From Oikopleura dioica (taxonomy: Eukaryota; Animalia; Chordata): 64,000 nt of DNA. The stretch lies in contig OU015569.1 in the NCBI GenBank assembly GCA_907165135.1, positions 4,898,001-4,962,000 on the forward strand. Direction: 5' to 3'. Numbering within the stretch: the first letter of the stretch is position 1; every line of letters starts with the position of its first letter. Of the stretch, positions 45,334 to 57,975 are shown one piece after another. The notes beneath the pieces were generated by a model. That model did not search any database. It was not told the DNA's origin and saw only the letters and a program-made list of their open reading frames with translations. The position numbers were made by a program, and so were the translations under genes.

Positions 45334-48300
45334 TCAGTAATGAAGATCAGCATTTTCTTTGATCCAGGCGTTAATTTCCGGGTCCGAATTCCGCGACCAG
45401 CAAGCTAGAATTTCATTAATTCTAGTTCTTGTTCAATTAGAGCAATAAATGATTAACTAGTATCCAGCAAGACTTTGTTGACGATAAACTAGCCTCTATC
45501 AAATTAGAGAATAATTGACTGGGTTTCGTCTTGCGACGTATTTTTGCTCCAAATCTACTTCTTCTGGATAACAAGAATCTAATCGATTGAATGGCAGTAA
45601 ACTAGTTAAAAGCAGATGTGCGATTAATATTTTCGTCGACATTGTTTTCAAGGGTATTTTACCAAAGTAAAATCGCAAAATTGACAAGATATTTCTGAAG
45701 ATTTTTATCTTTAGATTCTTAAGTTTAGAATGATAATTTTGCTAACCCTCTTTTTATGTCTAGACTGATTTCGCAAGCTTCACTGACCTGGCCACTCGTG
45801 GCTGCAAGCTGCGTCTCCCCACGAAGTATTACCGACGAGTCTTAGTTCTCCGTTTAGCTCAACCACGAGCGGTCCTCCCGAGTCGCCGTTACAGCTCATC
45901 ATTCGGCTATGAGCTGGCTGAGCCGGAACTCGATCTTTTCCGGAATGGAAAATTAAATTAAGTCGGAGCCCATTTTGCCGCAAACGGCTTATCCCTTTCC
46001 CGGGCCACCTTCAAGAGGTAACATTTTAATCAGTCACACTCCGACCTAAAGCGCAGGGGTTGCTTGGCTTGATCCAACTCATTTCGGGAACAGGGCTCTC
46101 AGCAAACTCGGATCCAACACGAAGTTGGAACTGCGGCCCGTCAGCAGTCTTTATCCGGGTTCAATTTTGTCAGCTAATTGCCTCTTCGTCAAGCCCCTAA
46201 ATAACGAAACAGTCCGCAATCTTATCTTTGTAGACCGTTTAGAAAATTTTTATTTCTCATCCTTATCAGCTGTTTCTTCATTCTTCACTGGAATCTTCAC
46301 GAGCTGAGGATCATTCCAAGCTCCGTGAAAAAGGTTTTAATCCTCTATTACGACCCAAAGGATGATCGCAGTACTTTTTGCCACGTAAATGCTGAGTACT
46401 ACGTAATAACGCTAAACTTTAAAAAATGAGCTACGCGAAGAGCAGGTGCGCTGCAACCAGAATTTTCAGTTGCAAGCGAAATTTCTAAAATTCTTGTACA
46501 AGTTTCAACTTCTGCGCAAAGTAACTCTTTCTTTTCTGAATAAAATTGAAGCCCGTCCCCAAGTCCAAGTGACACCACCGCAGTTTTCATAATTCAAGGC
46601 CGCTCTTTGAGCATCTTCAAGATCGTCGAAGTCGATTTGATCCCAAGAAAGATCGGGGTATCCTTTCAAATAGGCGTAGTCTTTCTTTTCCCAGCCTTCC
46701 AGAGGTGTGCACAATTCAGGCCTTTTATCCTGGGTCTCTTTCGCTGCTTTTTATACGAAAAGTAACTTAATTGGTACGGAAGCGGATAAAATTGGACCCG
46801 TTGTCAAGCATCCTGTTCTCCCGGGACTCCAATAGCGCACTGCTGTCTTGAGCCACCGGCGTAGGGTCCCCACCACTTCTTACACTCCCGGATGGTGATG
46901 GCTAAATGCAATTGATGGGTTGCGGATTGAGAGAGCTAATGCCGGAAAGAGGCGATCCTCGAAACGTGCTCAGCGGGTGTCGTCCTTCTAACGCCCCTCA
47001 ACCGAGTCTAAAGTAGTTCTACCTTTGTAGTATCCGTACTGGAGCGGCTCCACCCGGGCTGTTGAATTTTGAGCGATTCACTTAGGAACACTATTCATTC
47101 GCCCTGTGTCATGCGTACTTTCCAGATAAATCACCATAAAAATGGTTTTTAAGGAGCTCGACTACACTCCTCAAACAGAAGAGCGTTTTCGAAGGAAAGA
47201 CTCGTATTATTTCTGGTCAAAAAGAAGCCACATCGTTTTAATGACTACTATGATTATGTTTTAGATTTTTTTTATAAAAAATTCAACGTGAGTTAATGAT
47301 AACTCGCAGATTTGACAGCCTGTCCTTTCCGTCGTAGCCGCCGGGGTTGGTCCTTCCGAATCCAGTTTCGAACATAGTGGTGCCCATCGGAAACTCGTGC
47401 TCCATTGGGTCCATCAATTTAATTGGGGCTACAGCGCTCGGAAAAGAGACCAGGTCGATTTGAGTCTTTGCGCGGAGGATTCCAAAGTCGTAGTCCAAGT
47501 AGTCGGCTCCCCAGTTGGGGTGGCTGAGGAATTGATCCGACATCACGTAATAAAATGGACGATCGTCTCGTAAACTGCCAAAGACCATTCGGACATCGTT
47601 CTAAGTTTTTTATGACTCATCGCCGGGTTGTATTATAATATGGCCTTCTGTGGATTCTAAAGTTGATGAATGGAACTTACTCGAATATTGCAATGCGCTG
47701 CAGACATCACATACTTGTGACGATTCTTTCTTACTTTACATAATAATTATTTTCTTCTCAATTCGAAAAGGAGCGCATGGGAATCTTAGCTGGCCTCGGA
47801 TTTCCAAAATAGTTTTTATCAAAAACTAGTTTGGGAAACGTGTTGCAAGCACTTCCCTATCTCACGCCGCCGCCTAAGTGGAAATGTTTAATAGCGATTT
47901 TTATTCAACTATCAAAAAATGCTCCTTATCTTTTAGGATGAAGCCGCGGAGGATAGCGGGTCTACAGATATTGTTCATTTTTAAATGACCGATAATTGAA
48001 ATACTCACAGAGACTTTGCAAATTATCGACAGATAAATCGGGCTAATTATGGTCTTATTGAGGCATTTTCTAGTCTAAGAAATGAATGAAAAATCGCTCC
48101 TTATCGCTGAGAATAGATCCTCCACAGAACTTGCCCCCACCGGGGTATTGGAGCGAAACCATGTAAGGTGCACTTTCGGTCTTCAGTACATCATTCCCTT
48201 CGATAATTTTGACGGAGCGCGCGGCGGCACATGAGTAGGCTTGTAAGATGAAAATTCGGCCCACTTTTCTAACTTAGTTTAGGGGTCGGATGACACAGTT

Positions 48301-49080
48301 TTAGAAAGCCCAGAAGCTAAGCTTTCATTTGGGCACCATATCAAGTGGTCTGGGTCATGCCCCCAAGGCAATTCATTGGACCGGAAGTTCCGAAATCGGC
48401 ACAAGAACTCTTCAATAGAATTTTCGAGTACCGGTAGTCACTCGAAATGGCTCGATAGTAGGCGCGTTAGAAAGCCCAGCGTCTGATCTTTCTAAAAAGC
48501 CAATAAAAATACTGCTGCTCTGCCACCTAGTGGCCACTAGAGGCGCTAAAATAGTGAAATTTGAGGATATTTAGGAAGGAAGGACAATAATCTACGTCTC
48601 AACCGGACGGTTTGATGACCGTTGAACGTCATGCCAAGGCTAAGAAGTCATTATTCAAAAATAGAGGCCTGAAATTTCGACCGAATGAGCAACTTCTAGT
48701 GCAAAAAATTCCCTTTCTGGGGCAGAATTCGAGTTTCTAGCGCCCCTAGTGGCCGCTAGGTGGGAGAGCAGCTAGATTTTATTGATGGTTAAGAAAGCTC
48801 AGACGCATGGCTTTCTAACGCGCCTACTCTCGAGCTATTTCGAGTGACTACCGGCACTCAAAAAATAGATTGAAGAGTTCTAGTGCCGATTTCGGAACTT
48901 CCGGTGCCATGAATTGCCTTGCGGGTATGACCCAGACCCCCCGATATTAGACTCAAATGAAAGCTCAGCTTCTGGGATTTCCAAATATGTGTCATATGAC
49001 CCCTCAACTAAGCTAGAAAAATTGGCCAAATTTTCATCTTATAAGCCTACACATGAGGCTAGTCCAAGCGCAAACTTCAT
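45334..49080 (-). CDS. Secreted S1 (chymotrypsin-family) serine protease, multi-exon
   Basis: MKFALGLAS signal start at 49080; activation site K-IIEG; KFCGGSIL; SAAHC; DYDFGIL; GFGRT; SCNGDSGGP; GNTSWG; ends INAWIKENADLHY*. Catalytic triad intact. Confidence 0.88.
48236..49049. mobile_element. 814-bp non-autonomous hAT-type element inserted in the signal-peptide exon of the protease
   Basis: 8-bp TSD CACATGAG (48228-48235 and 49050-49057); termini TAGGCTT(G/A)TAAGATGAAAATT; inverted arms of about 310 bp. Confidence 0.9.
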
Positions 49081-52000
49081 CTCTGAGAGTCGTGGCGTCA
49101 AATTCAGAAGGATTCATTTCTCTGGCAGCTCCCGCCGGAACAGCCCTTGCGTTCCCACCACTGTGGCCAAAGTGAAGTCGAAGAAAGTTCAGTTTTCTTC
49201 AAAATTACTCATCAATGCGCACGTAAGTTAAGTAATATTGGTTGTTTTTCTTACTCTCGCGCTGTGTCCTCCGAATTTTTTGTCTTGGAATCGTAGGGTG
49301 TCAAGATCTTACTGCACAAACGCTGTGGACATTCTAACCTCACTGCTGAGTAGAACTCTAGCACTTCCTCTTCATCTCACCATAACTCCTCGTCGCCTGC
49401 AAACATAATTCAAGTTGCTAGTTTTAACTCTCGATTGCGCCGAAGCCGCAAGCGTACCCGAACGTGCTGATAAAATCAAGCTGAATTCATCTCTTTTTCG
49501 AAAAGCGTTGAAAATTTTTGTTTTCCCAGATTGAGACCAATTGCGTTATCGTTCCTTTTGGAAGGATTCTAGGCCACCGAGTTAGTCGTTTGACGCTGAC
49601 TAGCGGTTTTAGAGCAACTCTCCGATCAATTAACTCCGGAAAACGATGCACCAATTTAAAAGTATAATCGGATAGATAGTTTAGAAAACTAACAGCTTCA
49701 GCAGAAACAAATCACTAGAAGCGAACAGTCTTTGTTGGAAGAGAAGAGTTACGCGTCTTCTTGTAAGAATGAGTTCATTTCATTTTGAGAAAGAATTCCG
49801 AGTGGCGACAATTTGCAATAAGGCAAAAAGGTTTAGAACGTGTTCCTCGCCGTGTTGGAATGTGGAAGGGACAGACTCAATGGACCGTCTCGGCGGCTTA
49901 GAGTAATAGCCAACATTGTCGAGCATTCTTGAACACTTTTAGAGCTCACAGGCTTTTATTGTAACATCTTGCGCCGTGGATAGCATTCGGCCAGATGAGT
50001 ACGACTACGAATATATAAGCAAAGAAAACACGTGGTCCCCGAAGTTGTCTGGAGTGGCGAAAAGCACCCGGAAATTGGCCCTCGTGTGAGGATTCTTGAA
50101 TTTTGAGACCGAAACTGACGCTTCGGAGAAACAAATCCGGCCCAGCTTTTTCTCGTTAAGACATTCGAAATTCCACAATTTCGGGGAGTCGCATTCTTCG
50201 CCCAAATAACCTATTTAGTAATCACCAACACTTAAACTCCCTAAACCACTGTACTTGCTTTGACGACACAGCTGAAGCTCGATCTATTTATTTATTTCTA
50301 CTTGATAGAGCATGAAGAAATTTTGCGCGCTTGAGAGCAACGACCCGAAAAATCACTATAAAATATGCTAACGAAGCGATTTCTGCATTAAAAATGAGAC
50401 AACAGCCGTTAGAATTGAATCAATTTAGCAGCTTTCTATAATGTTAGTTCGAAAATGAATAAAAATGTAATACAAAAAATTTTGTTGCAATTATTCAGTT
50501 TAGAGAAGTCAATAACAATCATAAAACAGTCGAGAATTTATAGCGTTTTGGGTGTAGCCGCCCCGTGTTTTCGACCCTCCATCATCGTGAACTTTGAAGG
50601 TGTTGATCTAAAGCCATTATTTAAGCGATCGCCCGTCTAGTCAAAAATAAGCTCAGAACAATCGCTTTTTCTAGCCATGCCTGTCTTTGAAATCAAGCTG
50701 AAAATGCTCAAGGAAATGTACCACATTTCTCTCAACAGTGAAGAACACCCCATGAAATTCCGGTAATTGTAAAACTAGGAAGGAAGCGCGTCTGCAACGA
50801 TTTCTTCGGGAGACATGTTTTTCACATTTTTCGGTTGGACGAACTATAGATACTCAAAATATACAGACAAGAAAATAGAATTATGAACAGTGTTTATAGA
50901 AAAGAAACGAGAGTTCGTCCAATTAAATCAGATGAGAAACTCAGATCGCTAGTGGTTCAGCGATTAGTTCTTTTCCGAAAATAGGGATACATGTATGTGA
51001 ATTTCCACCCTACTATAGTATCAAAACTTCCGTTCAATAATCAGTCTTCAAAACTTACGAGCCAGCCAATGAGAGATCCGGACTTGAACAGCGCCATCTA
51101 TTGAGAAATACTAAAAAGTTGTTTTTAGCGAGGCAATCGAAGCGGCTACTTGCATGGCTCCTTCTTCCCAAAGAATAAAATGTAAAGGAAAGATCATCCC
51201 TGCCGACCTCGAGAACTGGGACGACTACAAGGACATCCTTGCGGACGGTCTCCTCATGATGATCATGATGTGAGAGAGGCTTCTTCTCCCTTTGCATTCT
51301 TTTTCGACTTTTTTAATTCTGAATTACTACCTGTCACAAACCAAATAAACCGTTCTCATTCAACCCCTCCTCTTCTAACTTCTTTGTCAATCCAAGATCT
51401 GCAGCGAGGAGGACAGAGCACTTAGGTAACAGCGGATGGGAATTTCCTAAATGGCGGTTGAAGAGCTACTTAGACGAATAGAGAGCGAAGATGTTCACCA
51501 CGTGCCGTTGTTCGGTATCTGCGGAATTGTTGAATGATGGGTTGTTGGGCTCGCTGCTCTTTCCGGCTGCCTCGCCCGGAAATGCTCTCACTATGTCTCC
51601 ACGTGCCTCTCTGACATTCCTGCTTTCTCTTTCCACCTGCTGGAGCATCCCTCCCTAGCGCGCGCGATTTAACATTTCTTCAGCGTCAGTCTGACGCAGA
51701 TAATACTTTAAATGTCGCCCCCGCTAGCAGCACAAATACAGTAAGACGCAACATCGCACCACCACGTTCACCTAACAGCTGCAAGTCCTAGCAACTTCAG
51801 GTTCTAAATTCGAATGGGCTCCTGCATTCCAAGTGCGTCCAAACGCCACTTTCTTCTAGTTGCATTACTTAACAGTAATGTCTCTTCAGGGGTTATTCGA
51901 AACTACAGAAAAGTGAGTTGCGTCAGCGAGTTTGTTTTTCTTTTTTAACCTGTTTAACCCGCGAAGAGTTAAAGTCGAGTTTAGCGCCTCGAGTGCGGCC

Positions 52001-52201
52001 AGTTCCAGAAAGAGAGACACGTTTATCCCGCTTCTTATAAGTCATTTAATTCCGAGCCAGCGCCTTGATTTCTGATTTCTAAGAAGAGTTCTGCCAAAAT
52101 ATACCGCGCTCGTCAAGTGCCACTTTCATAAGTAGCGTTCCTTTCAATTTACAGAAATAATTTTGGAGTAAGACTTATTTCAAAAGACTTTTTTTATTAA
52201 T

Positions 52202-52960
52202 TCAACGACTCTGGCTTGATTTCTTCTTTGATTCCCGAGCATCGTGGTTTAGTTTTCGTTTCGACGACGAGCTTGAGCTATTAGGAGTAGAATGGCGTTT
52301 AGGTGATTGCGCTTCGACTAATGCCATGCTTATTCAAGAGTAGAGAGATAATAATTACTTATTATCGCCGATGAATGGTCTGAATCCTTCCTCGTGGAGG
52401 CACCAAAAGCTCCCAGGTTTGTTTCGCCTTCGCCAGCCGGATGTGATCGTGTTGGATCTATTGGCGCTCTTGCTGCATGTGACCGTATTAGTCGGTTAAA
52501 ATATAATGGCAAAGTATTTGGAGTTTGACCTTATTTTAACCGTATCAGAATTTTCCGCAGAACTTGGGCGTAAGCTCGGATCGTTAAAGTCGACATATTG
52601 ATTCACTTTTATTTTGTACTTTCTCTCGATCTCATCGACCATAATAGTTCTTGTTGTTTGATTCTCCTTCTTGATGACCTCTTGCTTCTCGAGTGAGTTT
52701 TTTAGCACTTTCATTTTTAGCTGCAAGGTTTCGATTTTGTCCTGCACCGCTGTCATTTCTTCGATGAGTTCTTCATGTCTGATAGACTCAATCTTTTCTG
52801 AGCTTTCTCCGCTAATTTGTAAGGAATTTGATAATTTTTAAAAGCATTCCTGAGACTCTGCGACAAATTTTCGTAGTTGGAGAATTTCTCGTTTGAATTC
52901 TCTTTCTCGCGTTCTCTGATCTTTTTCTTTCATTACACTGGCTGTAGTATTCTTGTAACA
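52202..52960 (-). CDS. Unknown coiled-coil protein (several exons, 5' end unresolved)
   Basis: Heptad-rich frame EKIESIRHEELIEEMTAVQDKIETLQLKMKVLKNSLEKQE... flanked by short introns. Confidence 0.5.
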
Positions 52961-54729
52961 AGAATTTCTTGTTGCTTTTGACTATTTTTCTTCAAAAATT
53001 GCTTGTAAAATAATTGATCAATAGATCAAGCCTTTGTTAGTTGAGAAGCAAAAATTGATTTTGAAACCGCTATCTTATATTATGTGAGTCATGTATCCGT
53101 GCTTCGATCGTACTTCACCCCCTGCTGTTCACTTTGGCAAAATCGAGCTCTACTTCACAGATGCAGTTTGTGTTTCTTCAGCGCTTCAAGAATTCTGCTT
53201 CCTTTAAACGGGAACTTCCTGTATTCGGATGGAAAGGATCGGCCCTGTTGCAAGGGTAGCTTTACCGGGGTAGTTACCAATTCCCGAAGAGCTATCGTTA
53301 TGTGTATATTAAAGGAAGCGAAATGCACACCAAAAGCTGCCGAATTGAGCCTCTTCGTTTGCGGTGCGGTGAGCGGGATTTTGGAATCTCTGGCGGAAAT
53401 TATACCTCCTCAAAATTACGCAAGTGTCGTGGGCCTTCTCTTGGATGAGCGCCCTCCAAATCTGTAATTTTCATTTTTCCGAAAATCAACAGCTACTGTT
53501 TTTCCTCATCTTTCGAATTCAAGTAAACCAGAACGATTGCTTGAGCGAATCCTCGGCTAAATTTTGAATTCAGAGCTGGGGTCGCGTAAGAACAGCTCCG
53601 TCTAACTCGTTCTAGTTTTCCTCGCGATCCTCGAAGAAACCATCTTTGCGGTGAATCGTCGCATCGAGGTCGATAAGCGTAAGAGCGGCACTCTGCATTC
53701 TGCAACAAGAAGAGCGATTAACTCGAATCTACTGGGCAGTAAACTGCAAGTTTCTAAGAAAAATCAATGGAGTAGCATCATCAACTTTGTTCTGAACGGT
53801 TGTAATTTGCATCACCTGCCTCGCCGAAAAACAGACGAGATGCGGTTTTCGGACAGCTTCGCGACAATGTACCCAGAAATAAATAAGCCCCGAAAAAATG
53901 CCTATCAACAACGAATGGTCAAACCAAGTTACCGTTTTTTTTTTGCCAGTAAGAATCGCTCACTGATCATCAATAGTCGCTCACAAGAGATCTAAGATGA
54001 AGGAGAAAATATTCGGGAGAAGATCATTGATCGTAGATTCGCTGATTCACGATTCAAAAGAAAGAGAAAAGCCGGCGGCTCTTCCTTAACCTTTACGAAC
54101 ATTTTATTCGGAAGGCGGCTTTTCGGAACATGCAGCGAATAATCTTCTAAGACCAGATTCTACTTTTGTCATAACTTTGACTTTTAGAAATAACAAGAAG
54201 CGAAGGGAAAAGTCATGAGATGCGCTCTGGGATAAAAACCTCATGAATCTGGATTTAAAAGCGAGAAACTAAGTTAGGAACAAGTTTTCACAGGCACAAG
54301 GAATTGACAATTGTAGTCTTTTACAATCAAGGATCAGCGGCCGACGAGGTAGGTAAGTTTTGTTCGTTTATCAGAGTTCGATATTGTGGGTTAAAAGGAC
54401 GATTTCTAGGCCAGAGTCTCTCAGTGCTGGGCTTATCTCATTCAATTATCTATATTTACAGGGCTTGAAACAAGCTAAGAGCTGAGAAATACTCAGACCA
54501 AAAACAAATGCTGAAGTGAGCTTCAGGTTCAGCCATAATTGGCTTTTAGTCAGTAATCATACTAATCCAGCTTATTCATTTTTTATTACTTATTCACGCA
54601 TTTCAACTTCAGTTATAAAACAAGACAGAAGCGATGTTTTGAATTTTCTCCATTGACGGGATTTTCTAGACCCCGATTTGACCAAAACAGCAGATTTTTT
54701 CAAAAAGTCACATTTGCGAGAAAACAGCT

Positions 54730-55360
54730 AAGAGAAACGGCGAATTTGGAATCATGGCGCTGATCAAAAGCGTCCTCGACTGTCGCTTCAACTCAAAAAC
54801 CTGGTGGAAGTGGTTTTGCGTAAGTGACAGAGCGCCAGTCTCGTTAAACCGACCTGGAAGATTTCTCTGATCTGAATTTTAGATGCCGGTTTGCGTCCGA
54901 TCCTGCCTCATCTCAAAACGACTCAATTCTGCCAGGAAAGGGAGAAAAAAACTCAACTGAACTGCGGAGCAGCTTTTTTGAATAACTTTAGTATTTATTA
55001 TTTTACTTTAAAAGTCAAATTGAAGAATTTTTGTTTATTTCCCTGGAAGTCACTTGTTCTATCTAATGTGCCCGATTCTTTTTGTTCTCGTTCTCGGGAT
55101 CGTTTCCCTGATGATGTTGGTAAGTTCATAAATTCAGAATTGGTCGTATTCAATAAGATTAGTTGTATAATGTTTTCTTTAGATTCTAGCCGACTTCATC
55201 TACGAGCAACACCCAAAAGACACTGTAAAATGGATCATTTGGGTCTGCATCATTCTAACGGCGCACTTTGTTTTCTGTTACTGGATCGCCCTGGTTCGAC
55301 TTAGAAAAAGATTCGACAGCCGATTCAATGACCACGATAAATGCTGTTTCTCCACTTATA
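54730..55360 (+). CDS. Possible exons of a membrane protein
   Basis: IMALIKSVLDCRFNSKTWWKWFC ends at a gtaagt donor (~54820); ADFIYEQHPKDTVKWIIWVCIILTAHFVFCYWIALVRL (~55190-55360) is hydrophobic. Not assembled into a gene. Confidence 0.3.
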
Positions 55361-57718
55361 TCGTGACAATTTTCTGCAATCAATGCTCCCAGGAACGGAT
55401 AAATCGTAGCCATCCATAACAAAATAGGCAAACAAGCCATACCAATGATAATTTCAACCCTCCCTCCTTAGGAGATCTATGTCTCTTGAGCAGAGAACGA
55501 AAGATTTGATCCGTCAAAGACCGAGATGGGTTATCGTCTGGAAAGCCACTCAAGCGAGCTCGGAAGCATCGTCATCGTCTAAATATATCCACTTCTATTC
55601 ACACAACCTATCTAACCCTTTTTTCATCAAATTCTGCCATACCAATAGTTCACTCTAATCCAAATAAAACGCTATACTTTTCAACTGAAGCGGGAGACAG
55701 GTGGGCAAACTCGCGTGGCTGCTACCTGTCAAGCGCAAATACTTCTACTCACTTTCGAAAAATGAAATTGTCGAGCATAATTCCGCAGATCACTTAACAC
55801 CTTGCCGTGCAAATACTTGACGAAATAGAAACGCGCCCGTAAAATTTGGGTCGGTAATTGAGCCTCAGTTACTGTGGGAGAAAGTAAATGTAAGGTGAAC
55901 ATACGAGCTCGCGTTGAACATTGATTTTCATCTTCAGAAGACAAAGTGATTGGAATTTCTCTTCCGGAGAAACTTTTCAATAGGGCTTGGTTCAACTTAT
56001 TAAGTTTCAGCGTGATTGATCAAGTTAAAAGTCCACGAAATTGAGCACATCATCTGTCATCTTAGCTTCTTCCAAATTCATGATACCAGAGACGAAGGCC
56101 TTTCCTTTTTTTTGCAAAAGCTATGTTTTCTTAATAGAAAGTTCGGCTGAGTTGGTCGGTAGAGCTTTCTAAGAATGAGCTGGAACAAGCAGTAAAGTGT
56201 CACTTGAAAACGCATAAATATGCACCGTCTGAGAATACAGCATTGCTAGGGGCCCCGCACGTCGCCCCAAATGTCACCATTCGCGAGTAAGGGAGGAGAC
56301 TAATGTAATAGACATCGAAGGCGAGCAAAAGCAGAATATTCAGGGATTCTCATCGCTTTCAAGGTCTAAGAAATATTGCTTTATTGTAGTACTTTCGTCA
56401 AGGCCACTGATCGTTTCGAAAGTACAGTAAACCGTGTTTTAGAGTGCGGCTATATATTTTGGCCCTTGCGTCGCATGTTTCGCCGCCCGCTAATGATACG
56501 AATGAAGGACGTGTAAACTTCTCACCATAATTACACGATAATGTGGTCGGTCACCACAACTCTAAATAAAAAAACGAGGGTGAAAAAAAACAAATCTTGG
56601 AAAATCACGGCAACACTCTTTAGACGCCGTTTCTAAATAGGTGTTTAGACAAAAATTATTACGGATCTACATGTCCATTTTCAGGATTTTGTTTTGCTAT
56701 GTTTTTCAAGACGGAGTTGAGTTTTTTAGCTTGTCGAAGAAATTGCAAAAACACAACAAACCCTCGGCGGCTCGGTTTTCAGAAGCGCCGTTATCGCCGC
56801 TGCATACTTTATTCCAACCCAGAGCTATTCAACTTTAGACGTGGCCTGTTTATTCCCACGGCCGCAGAAGATATTTCCTTTTTCTAACAACTATGCAAAT
56901 ATATTCAGAAATCACCTGTTTATCACTTAGCTTTTAGAACGCTGCGGGCAGCAGTCAACCCGAATAAACACCTAAAAATATTCTTAAAAAAGTGGGTCCC
57001 CATTTAACGGATAAATACCCCTTGAAAGTCCGCATTTTAAAGGATTAAGTATTTCGATCCGTTAAAATGGGGACTCCCCAGAAGTATTTACCCGTTAAAA
57101 TGAAGACCCCCTTTTTATACGAGCTGCTAAAAATAATTTCACAAAGATTACGACTTATACTTCCGTAATGAGCTAACAGGTGTTTTTATACCAAAAAGAA
57201 TCGGTAAACAAGTCAGTATACATTTTTGTAAAAGTCAACATTTCACCATTCGCGCAGGTGGTGGATGTTAGCGTTGGGGATTATCCGAAGGCGCAACTTT
57301 CGGAGTGCACAGCTGTTTGCTAAAATTGAAAAAGTAAAGTATCTTTTACCCCCTCTCTGTCCAAATTTATATCTTGGGAAAGTAACATCTTGAAAAACGG
57401 CGTAAAAAACGCAAAAATAAAATTTCGAATTTTTCAAGAAAAAAAAAATACAAATAACAAAAAATGAACATCGACAAGTGGGACGAATATGGACTAGAGT
57501 GCGATCAACATTTGTATCCCGAGCTAGGTAGGGTTAAAAACACGCGAAAGCGACATTTGTCCGGCAACAGGTTAGATTTTCTCAAAGGATGGCGACTTCC
57601 CATAACTGAAGATCATTTTTGATAATTCGTTTCGGTCGCTTCGGATGTGAAAATCATCATCTGAAAATTTTATTTTCTGAAGAAATCGATTAGCCGCTTC
57701 TAATAAAGGAAAACTTAA

Positions 57719-57975
57719 CGCGGGAGCACACAAAATTTTTTTCCCGGTGAGCGCACGGCGCCCCTTTTTCGGGGCAAACCCCATTTAAACATTTTAGCGC
57801 AAAACCAGTAAATTCTTAGGTCAAAAAAAGTCTTCCACAAGACATAAAAGACACACTGTTGACAAAATTTAGCCCCAGTAAAGTGGGGTAACGAAAATTT
57901 TCGATGATGAAAACTTGAAAAAAATCTAGGATAAACGGGCTCTGCCCCGAAAAAGGGGCGCCGTGCGCTCGCGCG
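57719..57975. mobile_element. TTAA-flanked (piggyBac-like) MITE with asymmetric subterminal inverted repeats
   Basis: TTAA at 57715-57718 and 57976-57979; CGCG ends; perfect 28-bp inverted repeat at 57749-57776 / 57943-57970. Confidence 0.7.

Noticed and set aside
48914-49231. Plus-strand ORF overlapping the hAT arm and protease start
   Set aside because: Begins inside the transposon and is antisense to the protease first exon; no recognisable product.
49800-54000. Scattered coding-like frames (50005-50205, 51055-51648, 53084-53995)
   Set aside because: Could not be joined into phase-consistent genes or matched to a family by eye; left uncalled rather than shown to be non-coding.
56990-57115. 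Nested inverted/direct CCGTTAAAATG repeats
   Set aside because: Probably an internal fragment of a decayed MITE; ends and TSD could not be defined.
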